Assembly: GCF_009914755.1 (NCBI RefSeq) | Contig: NC_060947.1 | Direction: 5' to 3' (one strand) | Source: the human T2T-CHM13v2.0 reference genome, Homo sapiens | DNA: 64,000 nucleotides | Part shown: positions 1 to 13,752 of the stretch, in pieces | Numbering within the stretch: the stretch's first letter is position 1 | Layout: the number at the start of each line of letters is the position of its first letter | Program-made: the position numbers and the translations under genes | Notes under the pieces: generated by a model | Database searches by the model: none | What the model saw: only the letters and a program-made list of their open reading frames with translations | Told to the model about the DNA's origin: nothing

Positions 1-668
<668 letters not shown>

Positions 669-1656
669 TATACTGTATGTAGTACACTGTTTATAAATAT
701 TATGCTAACTGTATAGTAACTATACTGACTACTGTACCAACTGAAGTGATAATATATAAATACTGTACAAACAGTTACTGTACTGAAAGTTTTATTATAA
801 AAAGGCTTTGACCAACAGGATGGATTGTGAGGAAAAAGGTAACACAACAGATGCAGTTGCTTACTCCTTCCATGTCCCCAAGGGAACCATGATTGGCCCC
901 TGGCCAACCCTGGGAATGTGGCTCTCAAACTGGTCTTTATGTTAGTGATTGATAATTTTGTTATATACACCTGGAAAAATGGACCATGTTGTACCAGCCT
1001 GTCAGAGTTGCTTTTCACAACAATCAAGATTGATGATATCCTAGTTTCATTGTTGGGGTCCTCAGTTTCCGGCAACATGGCCAGTTGCTAGCAGGATGCA
1101 CCTAGTAAGCAGTCCCTTCATCTGAGTCTTGGACCCCAACACTTAAATTGGTTCCCTGGGCAGAGATATGCCACACATTTCTGTAGTTTGCTGCCAGACA
1201 GAAAGAGCACTCCTGTGTGCTCTCAGATGAGGAAGGACTAGGCTACATTAATATTTTAAAATCTGTCCTTCAACTTAAAGCATTACTAAAAATTATCTAA
1301 ACTATTTCTGGTTACATTAAGTTTTTTTCTACTCCACTAGTACACGAAATTATCTGGAAGATTCATTAAGTACCTGCACACTGTACCACTATTAACATAT
1401 ATACATTTGCAGTTGGTGTGTTCACATGTATGTATCTATTTCTGCCTACATTTGAGAGTAGTTCAGGGTCTTTTACAGAAACCATGAGAATTTTGACTCT
1501 TGTATAAGAAGAACAGATTAAATCCTTGTCTAAGTAAGACTTAGTTTTACAATATTTCTTCTGACTTTCTCACTGAACAAAAGAAAGCTCTTATAATGGG
1601 TCTCAGGATTTTTATATATTCACTTACTCTAATTTTAAATTTATACCACTAATTCT

Positions 1657-1788
1657 TTTTCCAGCTTTATTGAAGTATGATTGACAAATAAAATTTGTAT
1701 ATATTCAAGGTGTACAACATTATGATTTGATATACATATAAATTGTAAAATGATTGACATAAATTAATACATCTATCCCTACACAGTT

Positions 1789-1833
<45 letters not shown>

Positions 1834-2008
1834 GAGGATACTTAAGATCTACTTTCTTAGCAAATTTCAAGTAAACCATGCTGTAAATAAGATCCTCAGG
1901 ATTTATTCATCTAAAAAATTTGAACTCATAGATGCAGAGAACAGAGAAGTGGTTGCCAGGGGGATTGGGGAAATGGGGAGATGTTAGTCAAACGATACAA
2001 ACTTGCAG
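1657..2008 (-). mobile_element. Short old L1M (L1MA-like) 3'-end insertion with 5' inversion
   Basis: Minus-strand L1MA 3' end (cagctttattgaagtatgattgacaaataaaa...) then plus-strand 3'UTR piece (gaactcatagatgcagagaacagagaagtggttgccagggg); flanked by ttataccac(t/a)aattct at 1641-1656 and 2009-2024. Confidence 0.7.
1791..1832. repeat. (GT)21 microsatellite
   Basis: Perfect GT dinucleotide run. Confidence 0.98.
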
Positions 2009-3187
2009 TTATACCACAAATTCTAAAGGGTGTTAATCACATTTCTTTGAAAAAAATGCTGTAATCTGAGCTATAACCTATCTACTGAGTCAAATTCACC
2101 CTTTCTTCACTGTTCTTCCTTATAGTGTATTTCCTTACACTGCTCACAGTTATGTTCTTCATGAGAGTGGTCTGCACTCTTGTTTATCCCCTCATCTGTA
2201 GTTCCATAGATTTATAGGAAGCTGTTTTATAGCCTGCACCTCCTCTTACCTGTAGGAATATTTTCACTCAAATATTGTGGATAGGTTTTTATTGAATAAA
2301 ATGGATTTCTTTCAGTTCTCAGATACCTAAACAGCTACATGGCTCAGACTTTTATTTTGTCCTAGGAATATATCTGAGGAAAAGAATCCTCTTACTATAA
2401 TTCTTGATTTTAAATATCTTGTGTTAAAACTCTTAGCCAAATTTTTAGGAAAATGTTTATTTTTAAAATATGGTGACTTAAGTACAGAAAAATCTAGTTT
2501 GCTTATATCTCTCTCCTTTCTTGCTTTTTGCACACCCTGTCCTCCATCAAGTAATTAGGTTTGACTACATACTTAATACTATTCATGTGGGTTTCAGTTA
2601 AGCTAAAAGCTGAACGCCCTGGGACCAAAAATCAGGCTGAAAAATCACCAGACTGAAACATATACTTTACCTAATTGGATATAAAGACACCAGTGAACTA
2701 GGTAGAATATCTTTGCTTTCACCATAATTTCAAAATTGAACATTGTAATAAAGAATGATCATTGGTTTGACATTTTATCATCAACCCCAATATATTCCCA
2801 TTCAGAATCAAGAAAAAAAACCATGTAGTGGAGATTCTTCACTAACTAGAGCGAATGCAGCTTTTGATTAGTCAGAATAGTCACATTAAGCTTCTGTTAA
2901 GAAAATTGGCCAACAACCAGCTTCTTTGAATCAGTCTTCAGTTCTACTGCCAAATATTCTTAGACCAGGTATCTCTTAGGATTAGAGAGGAGGAGGGGAA
3001 AGGCAAAAGGCGTTTGACATCATATACTTGCTTTTTAAAATTCCCCAAATCACAGTAAATAGCCAGTTTGGGAAGAATTTTAAGATTGGATAATTGCTGG
3101 CTTTAAAGGGGTTTTTAAATTTCCTTCGTTTGTCTTCTTCACAAGAAATGTGAAGCCTCTTAAAGGCTTCTTTGCCATTACACAATG

Positions 3188-3425
3188 GAGGCAGTGTACA
3201 ATAGTGGAGAGATCATGGGCTTTAAAGCCAGATAGAACCTGGGCTTGAATTGAATCACAGCTCTGAAGCTTACCAGCTGTCTGGACTTTAGTCAAGCTTC
3301 TGAACCTTACTTTTCTTGTCTATAAAACTTGGATATTAAAATAGCTATTTCACAATGTTGTTAATGATTAAACAAGATGACACATGTAAAAAGCTTACAA
3401 CCTGACACATGGTAAAGGTTCAATT
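3188..3425 (+). mobile_element. MIR SINE (degenerate)
   Basis: ggaggcagtgt...gggctttaaagccagatagaacctgggcttgaat...cttaccagctgt...tctataaaa; edges approximate. Confidence 0.6.
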
Positions 3426-6091
3426 AATTTGTAAACCTTTCTTTCCCCAAACTTAATGGAGTAGAGACTTTTAATAATTGAAATGAGAAGTGTCTTGCAT
3501 GAGAAAATCAAGAAAGTCTGTTTATATTTTCTAAATTCAGAAAATAATTTTTGAGCAAACTCTAGCCACTGGGGAATTTTTTTCTAAGTGACTAAGGCCC
3601 AGTCCTCCAGCTACTCAAGAGAGAAAGGCACATTAATAATACAATTACTGAACAAGATAAGAGGTGGAAATAATGTGTTACTGGAATTTATAGACTAAGG
3701 AAATTCTGATCTGGTAGCAAGGCATTGGAAAAGTATCTCATGTAATTTGTATAATGTAGATATGTTCTTGAAATTCTGTTTTTTAAGGAGTAAGGTACAA
3801 ATTACAGTTCACATGGGGCATATTGTCTTTAAATGTTGAGGTATATTTGGGCACTGTAAAGTTGACATAATGTTGTTCAAACACGTGTTGAATATAATCT
3901 ACTGGGCCCTAATGGTGTTCTCATATTTCAGTTTTTTTAAGAGGGAGGCTTGCATCTTGGAACTCTTGCTATCAGTGTCACAGTGAAATATCTTGAGTAC
4001 TATCTTGAATATCGTGAGGCAGTTTTTTTGTGAGTGACTTTCCTTTAAGCTCTAAAAATAGTTTGTGCTTTTTATTAAATCACTTGTCTTGCATCCATAT
4101 TTAAAGAAAATAGCTTTTCTTTATATCAGCCCAGTAGGAGCTATTGAAAATACTCAAATTTTCTTTTAAACACATTTTTATTCTAAGGCTGCTTTGTTAA
4201 ACATTAGTTTATGCTATGCTGCAAATCTTTTAGAGATCCTTTATAATCAAATCTCTTGTCTAGTGTCTTCTGGCATTTTGGATTTGGCCCTGTTTTTTTA
4301 TTTTTTGTATTCTCCCCCACCATCATTTTCTAGCATCGCCCTTAATGCAAGTTCTACTGTTCTCCTGGGCATAGACTCAGACATTACATACAAAGTTTCC
4401 CTTTGATCCCACACTTCAAATTAATTTGCATTATAGTCTTGGCTATAATTAAGAAAGTTATATATTTGGCATTAATGCCTAATAAATTGATAAGCACTAT
4501 CACTGGAGATTCAGACATTTATATTGTATTGAATCAAATATTTTGCAATGAGAAATCAGACTGTATAGACTGAATCAAGTAAATACCCTAGAGAGGTATC
4601 AATTCCTTATGAGAGCTTTCCCCAACTGTGTGATACAGCTTGTTGCCTAAACCTAAATTAGAATTGCTTTAAGCACAAAGAGCAAAACGATTGTGAAAGA
4701 CATCATCAACTACATTACATTTTTTCCCCTTTCTTCTTGCTGGCTCTATTTTTTTATCATTTGCATTTTTCTCATCTCGATGTCCAACTGACTCATGATC
4801 TATGTGGAAAGAAAGTAGTGAAGTGTAGGTGTGTGGGCCAGGGCCAGGACCCTGTAGGCATACAGGTGGAAGGATTGCCACAGTTTGACAGACCCTAGAA
4901 TCCAGGAGCTAGAAAAACATCAAAAGACAGATGAGTTATGGATGGTTGTATTGTAATGGACTCTTGGAATATGAAGAGCAGAGTTCCAGTACCAGCTTTA
5001 TTATTTAGATGCTGCATTCCCTTTTGAATAAGTTATTTTACTTTTTCAACCCTCCACTTGAGCATCTCTAAAATGAGGATATTACCTTCTTCTGGGGGTT
5101 GTTGTGAGGATTAAATGAGGTAATGGATATAAAAAATATATTTTAAACTGTATAACAACTGTATATTGTAAGGAAATGGTAGGAGTAGCTTCCTACTCCA
5201 TGCTACAGTCAAAACAGATAGCTACTTTGATATAACTCTGGACTTCAGTGGGGCTGACACTAGCTCTGATATTTCAAGCAAGACATTCTTCCTCTTTGAG
5301 CATCAGTTTTCTTCTCTGTCTGATTAGATGTCGGGCTCGGTAATCTAAAGATCCTAGGTGTACCTTTGTTCACTGTCACTCTATTATTATCTTACAAGTA
5401 ACAAAATAGAAGGGAAGATATTTGTGCTGAAATTAAGTCCCATCATAGAATTTTTTTAGTTCACAATTATGTCCCAAAATGGGAGTGAAAGTGCCTTGAT
5501 TATCACCTCTTTTCCTTTTTAGGGTCTAGGCCTTCCTATTCACTGTTTCTGTTAGACTTATTTGCTGGTCAGGTAATAATCTGAGAGGTTTCTGCTTTTC
5601 CTGTGACAGCAAAGAAATACTTTGGCTAATATTCTCCTTGGCATTAAGCTAAATATCTTCCACAAAATGATATCTTATATAGGAGACAGGTTTGGGCATC
5701 AATGAGATTCCTCACCTACTGATACTTATAGATTCTTACCTTCCAAAATATATTTGCTACAAATATTTGTAGCATTTGTAGCAAATATATATTGGCAAGT
5801 ACCTGTTATGCTTATTGATGAATGGTAGTTTACATTTTGTGTAATAAACATTTTATTGAGTATCTGCTATATGCCAGACATTATACTAAATACTTACATT
5901 ATCTCTAATTTTCATGTAACATAAATGTCAGCTGGGGACGGGGGTACATATAGGAGGGAAGCTGCTTACATTCTCCCAAAGGTCTGGGGGCCTACTTTTT
6001 GCCGAATTTCTAAGTTTGTTCATTTTACAGTTCAAAATAGAAAGATCACTTATCTTGCCATGCTGCACATGCTACCATTATATTCCACACA

Positions 6092-6478
6092 TGTATTAGT
6101 CGGGTTTGTGTTGCTGTAAAGGAATACCTGAGGCTGGGTAATTCATAAAGAAAAGAGGTTGATTTACCTCATGGTTCTGCAGGCTATACAAGAAGCTTGG
6201 CGCCAACCTCCGCTTCTGGTGAAAGCTTCAGGAATCTACCTATCATGGCAGAAAGGAAAGGGGAAGCACGCGTGTCACAGGGAGAGAGAGGGAGCAGGCG
6301 CCAGGCTCTTTTAAACAACCAGCGGGAACTGAGAACTCACTCATTACCATAAGGATGGCACTAAGCCCTTCATGAGGGATCCTCCTCCATGACCCAAATA
6401 CCTCCCACCACGCCCCACCTCCAACATTGGGGGTCACACTTCAATGAGATTTGGAGGGGACAAATATTCACCATTTCA
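6092..6478 (-). mobile_element. MaLR solo LTR (MSTB-like)
   Basis: tgtattagt...ggaatacctgaggctgggtaat...ccatttca with TG..CA ends and 5-bp TSD acaca (6087-6091, 6479-6483). Confidence 0.88.
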
Positions 6479-6510
6479 ACACAGCATCTACCAAGTGTCA
6501 TACTTAGCCT

Positions 6511-6572
6511 CTACTTCAATTCATATGTATATTATATTCACTACTTCAATTCATATGTATATTATATTCACT
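6511..6572. repeat. Perfect 30-bp tandem duplication
   Basis: ctacttcaattcatatgtatattatattca x2. Confidence 0.95.
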
Positions 6573-7506
6573 TGAGGCATTCCTGTCTGTAGTAGACCTT
6601 AGTGAAGGGGAATGAAGTATTTGCAGCATCACCAGTAACTTCAAATTGACAAATATCTTAACAAATATCACCTGGGATTTTTTCCTCTGGCTAGTTCACC
6701 ATACATAGAGGGACAATGTGTTATTGAACTGTATAGACTCTCTTTATAGTCTTTCCCTCACCTGGTAGATTCTTCCCACACCCCAACTTCACTTCTGACT
6801 CAATTATGCATAATGTTTTAGTTTTTATTCCATAAATGAGCCTGTGGCTTGCTTTTGCATATCCAGACACATCTAGATATATGCTCAGTGAAACAATAAA
6901 AGGCGACCACTCTCAGAATCAATCTTCTTCATTAAGCAATCGTGGTTATAAGCACCAATATTTTTCTTAATACCAAACAGTGTAAAGGTTGGTACTACCC
7001 TCATTTTATAGATAAGTAAACAAGCTCAAAGAATTAAATGACTCGTGCAGGGTTATTCATTGAGTAAGTGATAAAGTCAGATTTTGAACCATTGGAATCC
7101 AAATCCTATGCACTTTCCACCAAACAAGACACGATTCAAAAAGGAAATTGGAAAAAAAATGCATATTAATGTCCTCTGAGCTTGCAAATAGGAAGATTGC
7201 TTTGAAAATTCATAGTATTTGAATCCATTAGGGGTGGGGGAAATGTATTTTTACCATTATGGTCCCAACAGTATTGTTTAAGAAAGTAGGGAAACATAAG
7301 TTAAGTAAAAAGTCTCAGTAACTTGGAAAATCCTGCCTTATATCAGGTAAATGGGACATTTATTATGGCTAATTAAGTTTTATCTTTTAAAATTGATTTG
7401 TACATTGACTTTTACCTGATAAATATTTATTGATCCTCTCTATCTTTTTCATCATACTTCTTTTAAAAAATAGTTTTTCTAATACCTGCTGTTTTTTTTT
7501 TTACAG

Positions 7507-7578
7507 AGGCAATTAAAGGCAGATGCTAAAAAAGCTATTGGAAGGCTTCAACTACGCACACTGAAACAAGGAGACAAG
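7507..7578 (+). CDS. RNF128: RNF128 (GRAIL) internal coding exon, RQLKADAKKAIGRLQLRTLKQGDK
   Basis: Poly-T tract + cag acceptor, 72 nt phase 0/0, gt donor; peptide matches the RNF128 segment preceding the RING. Confidence 0.95.
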
Positions 7579-7710
7579 GTACATTCATGACTTTTAAATG
7601 CTATTTATTTTAAAGCAGTGCTACCAAGCCATTGTTCAGGCTAAATGTTCTTCCTAAGTATGCTTTTATTGGCATTTATGAACCTTATTGACTTTATATG
7701 CATTTGATTC

Positions 7711-8183
7711 TAGAGGTTGGCTGAATAATGGCCTCCCAAAGATATCTAAGATAACTATTCCCTTGAACCTGTGCATATTACCTTATATGGCAAAAAGGAC
7801 TTTGCAGATATGATTAAGTTAAGGGTCATGAGATGGGGAGATTATCCTGGATTATCCAGATAGATTCAAAATATAATTGCAGTGTCCTTATAAGAGGGAG
7901 AGAGAGGGAGATTTGACCACAGTACAGTAAGGGATGTGACAAGGGAAGCAAGAGGGTGGGGTGATACAAGAAAGAGGCAAGGAGCTAAGGGATGCAGACA
8001 GCCTCTAGAAGCTGGGAAAGATAAGGAGAGGGATTCTCCCCTGGTGCCTCCAGAAGGAGTGCAGTATTGCCAATGCCTTGGTTATAGACTTCGGATTTCC
8101 AGAACAGTAAGAGAATAAACTTGTGTTGTTTTAAGCCACTGAATTATGATAATTTGTTACAGCAGCTACAGGAAACTAATACA
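7711..8183 (+). mobile_element. MaLR solo LTR (MLT1C/D-like)
   Basis: ctgaataatggcctcccaaagatatc...ggactttgcagatatgattaagttaagg...aatttgttacagcagctacaggaaactaataca. Confidence 0.85.
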
Positions 8184-8319
8184 ATGCTTTAGTGTTACTT
8201 TGGTTGAATACGCATTTTCAGATTTAGGACAGTTGAAAACTACCATTCATGGGTAAAACATGTATTTCAAAAAATAGCTATAGAACTTATGGAAATAATA
8301 CACCATTTTAAATCTTACC

Positions 8320-10045
8320 AAAGTCATGAAACTGTAAAACACTAATGAAAGAGATAAATCAAAGAAGATCTAAATAAATGGAAACATATACCATGTTCAT
8401 GGGTCAGAAGACTTGCTGTTGTTAAGATGTCGGTTCCCCACCAAACTAATTTATGGATTTGATGCAGTTTCAATAAAAATCCTAGTGTAAATCTTTTATA
8501 GAAATTGACAGGCTGATTCTAAGCTTAGATGAAAATGCAAAAGAACTAGAATGAACAAAACAATTTTGATAAAGAACAACTTTGGATGATTCATGCTACC
8601 TGATTTCAAGAATTATTTTAAAGTCACAGCAGTCAAGATAGTGTCGTATTGGAAAAAGGATAGATTTATAGATCAAAGAAACAGAAGAGAGAGTACAGAA
8701 ATAAACCCATATATATATGGTCAGTTGATTTTCCATAAAAGTGCAAAAGCAATTCAATGAAGAAAGGATAGCCTTTTCAGGAGGATAGCCCTTTGTTGGC
8801 TATCCATATGCAGTGATTGGATATCCTTAAGCAAAAAACAAGCAAACAGACAAAAAAGAACTTAAATCCATTCTTCATACCCTATGTAAACATTATTTCA
8901 ATAGATCATAGACCTTAACATAAAACCTAGAACTATGAAATTTTTAGAACAAAACGTTAAAGAAAAATATTTTCATGACTTGGGTGACAAATATTTCTTA
9001 GATATAACTCCAAAAACAAGTCCAAAAAAGAAACAAGTTGATACATTTGGCCTTGTCAAAATTAAGAATTTCTGTTCTTTGAAAGGCACTGTTAAAAGAA
9101 GGAAAAGATAAGGTACAGACTGGGAGAAAATATTTGCAAATCATATGTCTGTTAAAGGGCTGTACCCAGAATATAAAGAACTCTTAAAACTTAACAGTAA
9201 GAATACAAACAACCTAATAGAAAACTGGCAAGCAAAACAGACAATTCACCAAAAAAATATATATATGAATGGCAAATAAACACATAAAAGATGTTCAACA
9301 TCATTAATAATTAAAGAAATACAAATTAAAGCCACAATGAAATACAACTACGCATTCATTAGAATGGCTAAAATGCATACAACTGAAAATACCAAGAGCT
9401 GGGCGAGATTTGGAGCAACTGGTACACTCATTCATTTGCTGGTGAGAATGCAAAATGTATAGCCAATTTGAAAATGTTTGGCAGTTCCTTATGAAGTTAA
9501 AAATACACTTACCATAGCACCTAGCAATCTCACTACTAGATATTTACCCTAAAGGGAGAAAAAATCTACGTTCACATAAAAACACAACTGTTCATAGCAG
9601 CTTTATTCATAATTGTCAAATACTGGAAAAAAGCCAAATATTGTTCAACTGGTGAATGGATAAACTGTGGTACATACATATCATGGTATACTATTTAGCA
9701 ATAAAAGTGTGATGGGAATCCCATTGATACATACAGCATTATGGATGAATCTCAAATGCATTATACTAAGTTTAAAAAGCCAGACTCAAAAGCTAGATAA
9801 TGCATGATTCCATTTATATGACATTCGGGGAAAGCCAAAACTATAAAAACAGATCAGTGGTTGCCAGGAGGTGGGGATGAGAGGAAAGGTTAACTACAAA
9901 GAGTTTAGAGGAGTTTGTTGGGAGTAATAGCACTATTCTATATCTTGATTGTGATAAGGATTAAGTGACGACATATTTTTCAAAACGTGCAGAACTGTAC
10001 ACTAAAAGGGTGAATTTTACTGTATGTGAATTATACCTTAATTTT
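8320..10045 (+). mobile_element. Old L1M (L1MB/MC-like) ORF2 3' part and 3'UTR, degenerate
   Basis: A-rich decayed ORF2 text (ataccatgttcatggg, gactgggagaaaatatttgcaaatcat, gatgttcaacatcatta) ending in ttttactgtatgtgaattatacc. Confidence 0.85.
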
Positions 10046-10359
10046 TTAAAAATGAGAAAAGTTATAGAGCTTGCACAAATGGTATTTTATATATCCTAAA
10101 TCAGGAAAAATAAATCAGTGCTACATGTTTCCCTTTGTTCTGTTCCCCTTTTGTTTCAGTTTATTCTTTTACCTTTTTAAAGTCTGGATACTTTTAAATC
10201 ACCTTTGGGAACTTTACAGTTACATAATCATTCAGTGATATAATGCTCCTCCTTTTATAGGAATTTAGGCTGGTTAAGTACATGTATGTTCTGATCTTGT
10301 TCTGTAGTTTAATGTATTTTTTCTTATCTGTCAGAGTAACAATAACTACTTGCTTGTAG

Positions 10360-10442
10360 GAAATTGGCCCTGATGGAGATAGTTGTGCTGTGTGCATTGA
10401 ATTGTATAAACCAAATGATTTGGTACGCATCTTAACGTGCAA
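10360..10442 (+). CDS. RNF128: RNF128 exon, first half of RING-H2 (EIGPDGDSCAVCIELYKPNDLVRILTC)
   Basis: tgtag acceptor, 83 nt, gtaagt donor; CxxC motif. Confidence 0.96.
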
Positions 10443-10706
10443 GTAAGTTTGATTTTCTTCTATATCTTCAATAAAATAGCTGACCCACAAAAATGACTGT
10501 GATGGAAGAAAACTATTTTGAATATTTCCAAATTAATGTAAAAAATGTTTATTTTTTAACTTATCTTCATTTAAATATAGAATGGTTTATTTTTATTTTT
10601 ATTCATTTCTTAATACCACTGAAATTGGTATAAGTCTAATTGTAATCTGCTTCAATTTGTTCTAAACTAATTCCATAGAAAACTGAGAACCTAGCCAGCA
10701 CAATTG

Positions 10707-11664
10707 ATATATATGTATTATATATATATTATATATAGTATATATACTATATAATATGTATTAATATTATATATACTATATATAATATATATTATATACT
10801 ATATATAATATATATTATATATTATATATAATATATATTATATATAATATATAATATATAATATATATTATATATAATATTATTATAATTATAATATATA
10901 TAATATTATTATAATTGTAATTATATATTATAATTATAATTATATAATTATAATTATAATATATATAATATGTATTATATATTAAATATAATAATATATT
11001 TATATATTATATAGTATATATCTTACATAGTATATTATGTATAATACATATACTCTATATTATATATACTATATAATATAGTATATAATATATAATTATA
11101 TATACTATATAATATAGTATATAATATATAGTTATATATAAATATATTTTATATATAGTATATTTTAAATATAGTATATAATATACATAGTATACTATAT
11201 AATATATATACTATATATAATACATATTTTATATAATTATATATACTGTATATACTATAATATATAATTATATATACTACATATAATATGTATTATATAT
11301 TATATATTATATAATGTATAATATATTATATATTATACATTATATACTATATACTGAGTATATATACTATATAGTGTATAGTATATAATATATGTATATG
11401 TACATGTACATATATATACTATATGTACAGTATATATACTATATACTGAGTATATATACTATATAGTGAGATAATATACCATATATTATCTATTATATAG
11501 TATACAATAGTGTATATATACTATATAGTATATAGTATATATATACTATATACTATATATACTATATACTATATAGTATATAGTGTATATATACTACATA
11601 TATATAAATTGTGTATATATTATACATATATGTAAATTGTATATATATAATACATATATATAAA
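10707..11664. repeat. ~950-bp (TA)-rich low-complexity/minisatellite tract
   Basis: Almost exclusively A/T with repeated tatata/tatactata/tatagtata units. Confidence 0.95.
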
Positions 11665-11668
11665 TTCC

Positions 11669-12216
11669 AACTAAGGAGTGAACACTTCCAAATAGATGCT
11701 CATAACTTGATTTCATTTTATTTTTTCTTGATAGATTAGAATAAATTTAAAATTAATCCAGTACTATCCTTATATTTATGTGTATTTATATTATATTATG
11801 TATATATGTATATTATATATTTATGTATATATATGTACATTATATAATATATATACTCTACATAATATATAGTATATATTATATACATTATACACTATAT
11901 AATATAGTGTATATATTATATACATTATACACTATATAATATAGTGTATATATTATATACATTATACACTATATATAATATAGTGTATATATTATATACA
12001 TTATACACTATATATAATATAGTGTATATATTATATACATTATACACTATATACATTATATATAATATATACTATATAATATTATAATATGTAGTATATA
12101 TAGTTACACATGTAAATATAAGGACAGTACTGGATTAATGTTAAATTTATTCTAATCCATCAAGAAAAAAATAAAATGAAATCATGCATCTGTTTGAAAG
12201 TGTTCATTCCTTAGTT
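11669..12216. repeat. Inverted repeat (~115-bp arms) enclosing an AT-rich minisatellite
   Basis: 11669-11784 is the approximate reverse complement of 12105-12216; spacer carries ~36-38-bp units atatagtgtatatattatatacattatacactat. Confidence 0.92.
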
Positions 12217-12703
12217 TTTTAAATTATCCCTCTCCTGAAGGTTGTTCTTAACACTACTTCTTTTAGCTATTTAATACAATAGTGATGCTCTTGGAACATA
12301 TCACATTGCCTAAAGCATCAGTACAGTGTTGTTGTACTCAATACTATATTGGACTATATTATTGAGAATGACTGTACCATTTATCAGTTAGGGAATTCTA
12401 ACTGTTTAAGATTTGAAATAATGAACAAAGTCTTAGGTCAGGTAGTGTCCTAGCCATTTTCAAATGAGTACTGAAAATATTTTTTTTTGGAGCTAGAGTA
12501 ATGAGGCTTTTACATTTAAAAGTACCGTATTATGGAATTTCCAAATTTTGTTTCTGTGACTCCTTCATTTTATGAATAGTGTGTTTAAAAGGAAAGGCAT
12601 CCATTCAAAGACTAAATAAAGTTACACTAAGTAATCTGTTAATATATATTAGGTAAAGTGTTGCTACTTTACAACTGATAATTATGTTTTTTTCCTGAAT
12701 TAG

Positions 12704-12800
12704 CCATATTTTCCATAAGACATGTGTTGACCCATGGCTGTTAGAACACAGGACTTGCCCCATGTGCAAATGTGACATACTCAAAGCTTTGGGAATTGAG
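12704..12800 (+). CDS. RNF128: RNF128 exon, second half of RING-H2 ([32 protein letters not shown])
   Basis: tag acceptor, 97 nt, gtaaac donor; HxxHxxC...CPxC completes the RING-H2; phase matches previous exon. Confidence 0.96.
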
Positions 12801-13583
12801 GTAAACATTAATATGTTATTTATATGAAGAATATATGCCTGGGCTTTGGAGAAAATAACAAAATAACATCCTTATTTTTTCGCTATGTAATACACCATAC
12901 TTATAGTTTATACCTAAAACCAGACATATTTATATCATATAGACAATGAGGTGCCATCTTGGGCCATCTCCATTTTCCTTCTTCCTCCCTCTTTCCAAAT
13001 AGACTCATTATTTGGTCAGAATTTGAAATGATAACCATATAAACCACCAACTTGGCATCCCTCTTTCTGTTTTTGTAATCTTTTACTATTGCATAGTGAC
13101 CAAACTTGTAGTTAAATAAGCAGACATAATTTGAGAAAGCATAATAAATATTAAATTATAATTTTATATTTGGTAAATGAAAAAAAGGCCTATTTTCAAG
13201 ATACAACATAAAATCGAGCTCAAATCTTGACTTGGGAAGGTACATAGATGACAATGATTCTCAAGTTCCATAGGGGACAGCATGATGTTTTTTTAGGGCC
13301 TAACTTGTACCCAGCATTATTTTATGAAGTGCTGGTATCACCCAAATGAACATACCAGATGAGAGTGCACTCCGCCTATAGCATCTTTCATCCCATTGGT
13401 GGACCCAGTTACTCTGTTTTGACTGGGGCTAACAAGAGACTTGTGATCATCAAAAGGGATCATAGGTTTAAAAGGTTAAGAAATATTGCTCCAATGAGTC
13501 ACCTATAAAGAAACTTTGAAGTGATATGTCGAGGAAAAGCGTGTACACTGAGAGGCTTTTAATTTGTTACATGTTCTTTAAAG

Positions 13584-13752
13584 GTGGATGTTGAAGATGG
13601 ATCAGTGTCTTTACAAGTCCCTGTATCCAATGAAATATCTAATAGTGCCTCCTCCCATGAAGAGGATAATCGCAGCGAGACCGCATCATCTGGATATGCT
13701 TCAGTACAGGGAACAGATGAACCGCCTCTGGAGGAACACGTGCAGTCAACAA
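13584..13752 (+). CDS. RNF128: RNF128 penultimate coding exon (VDVEDGSVSLQVPVSNEISNSASSHEEDNRSETASSGYASVQGTDEPPLEEHVQST)
   Basis: aag acceptor, 169 nt, gtaagc donor; ORF track 13584..13775. Confidence 0.95.

Noticed and set aside
11860-12060. Regularly spaced ~37-bp repeats resembling a CRISPR array
   Set aside because: Eukaryotic AT-rich minisatellite with no unique spacers and no cas genes
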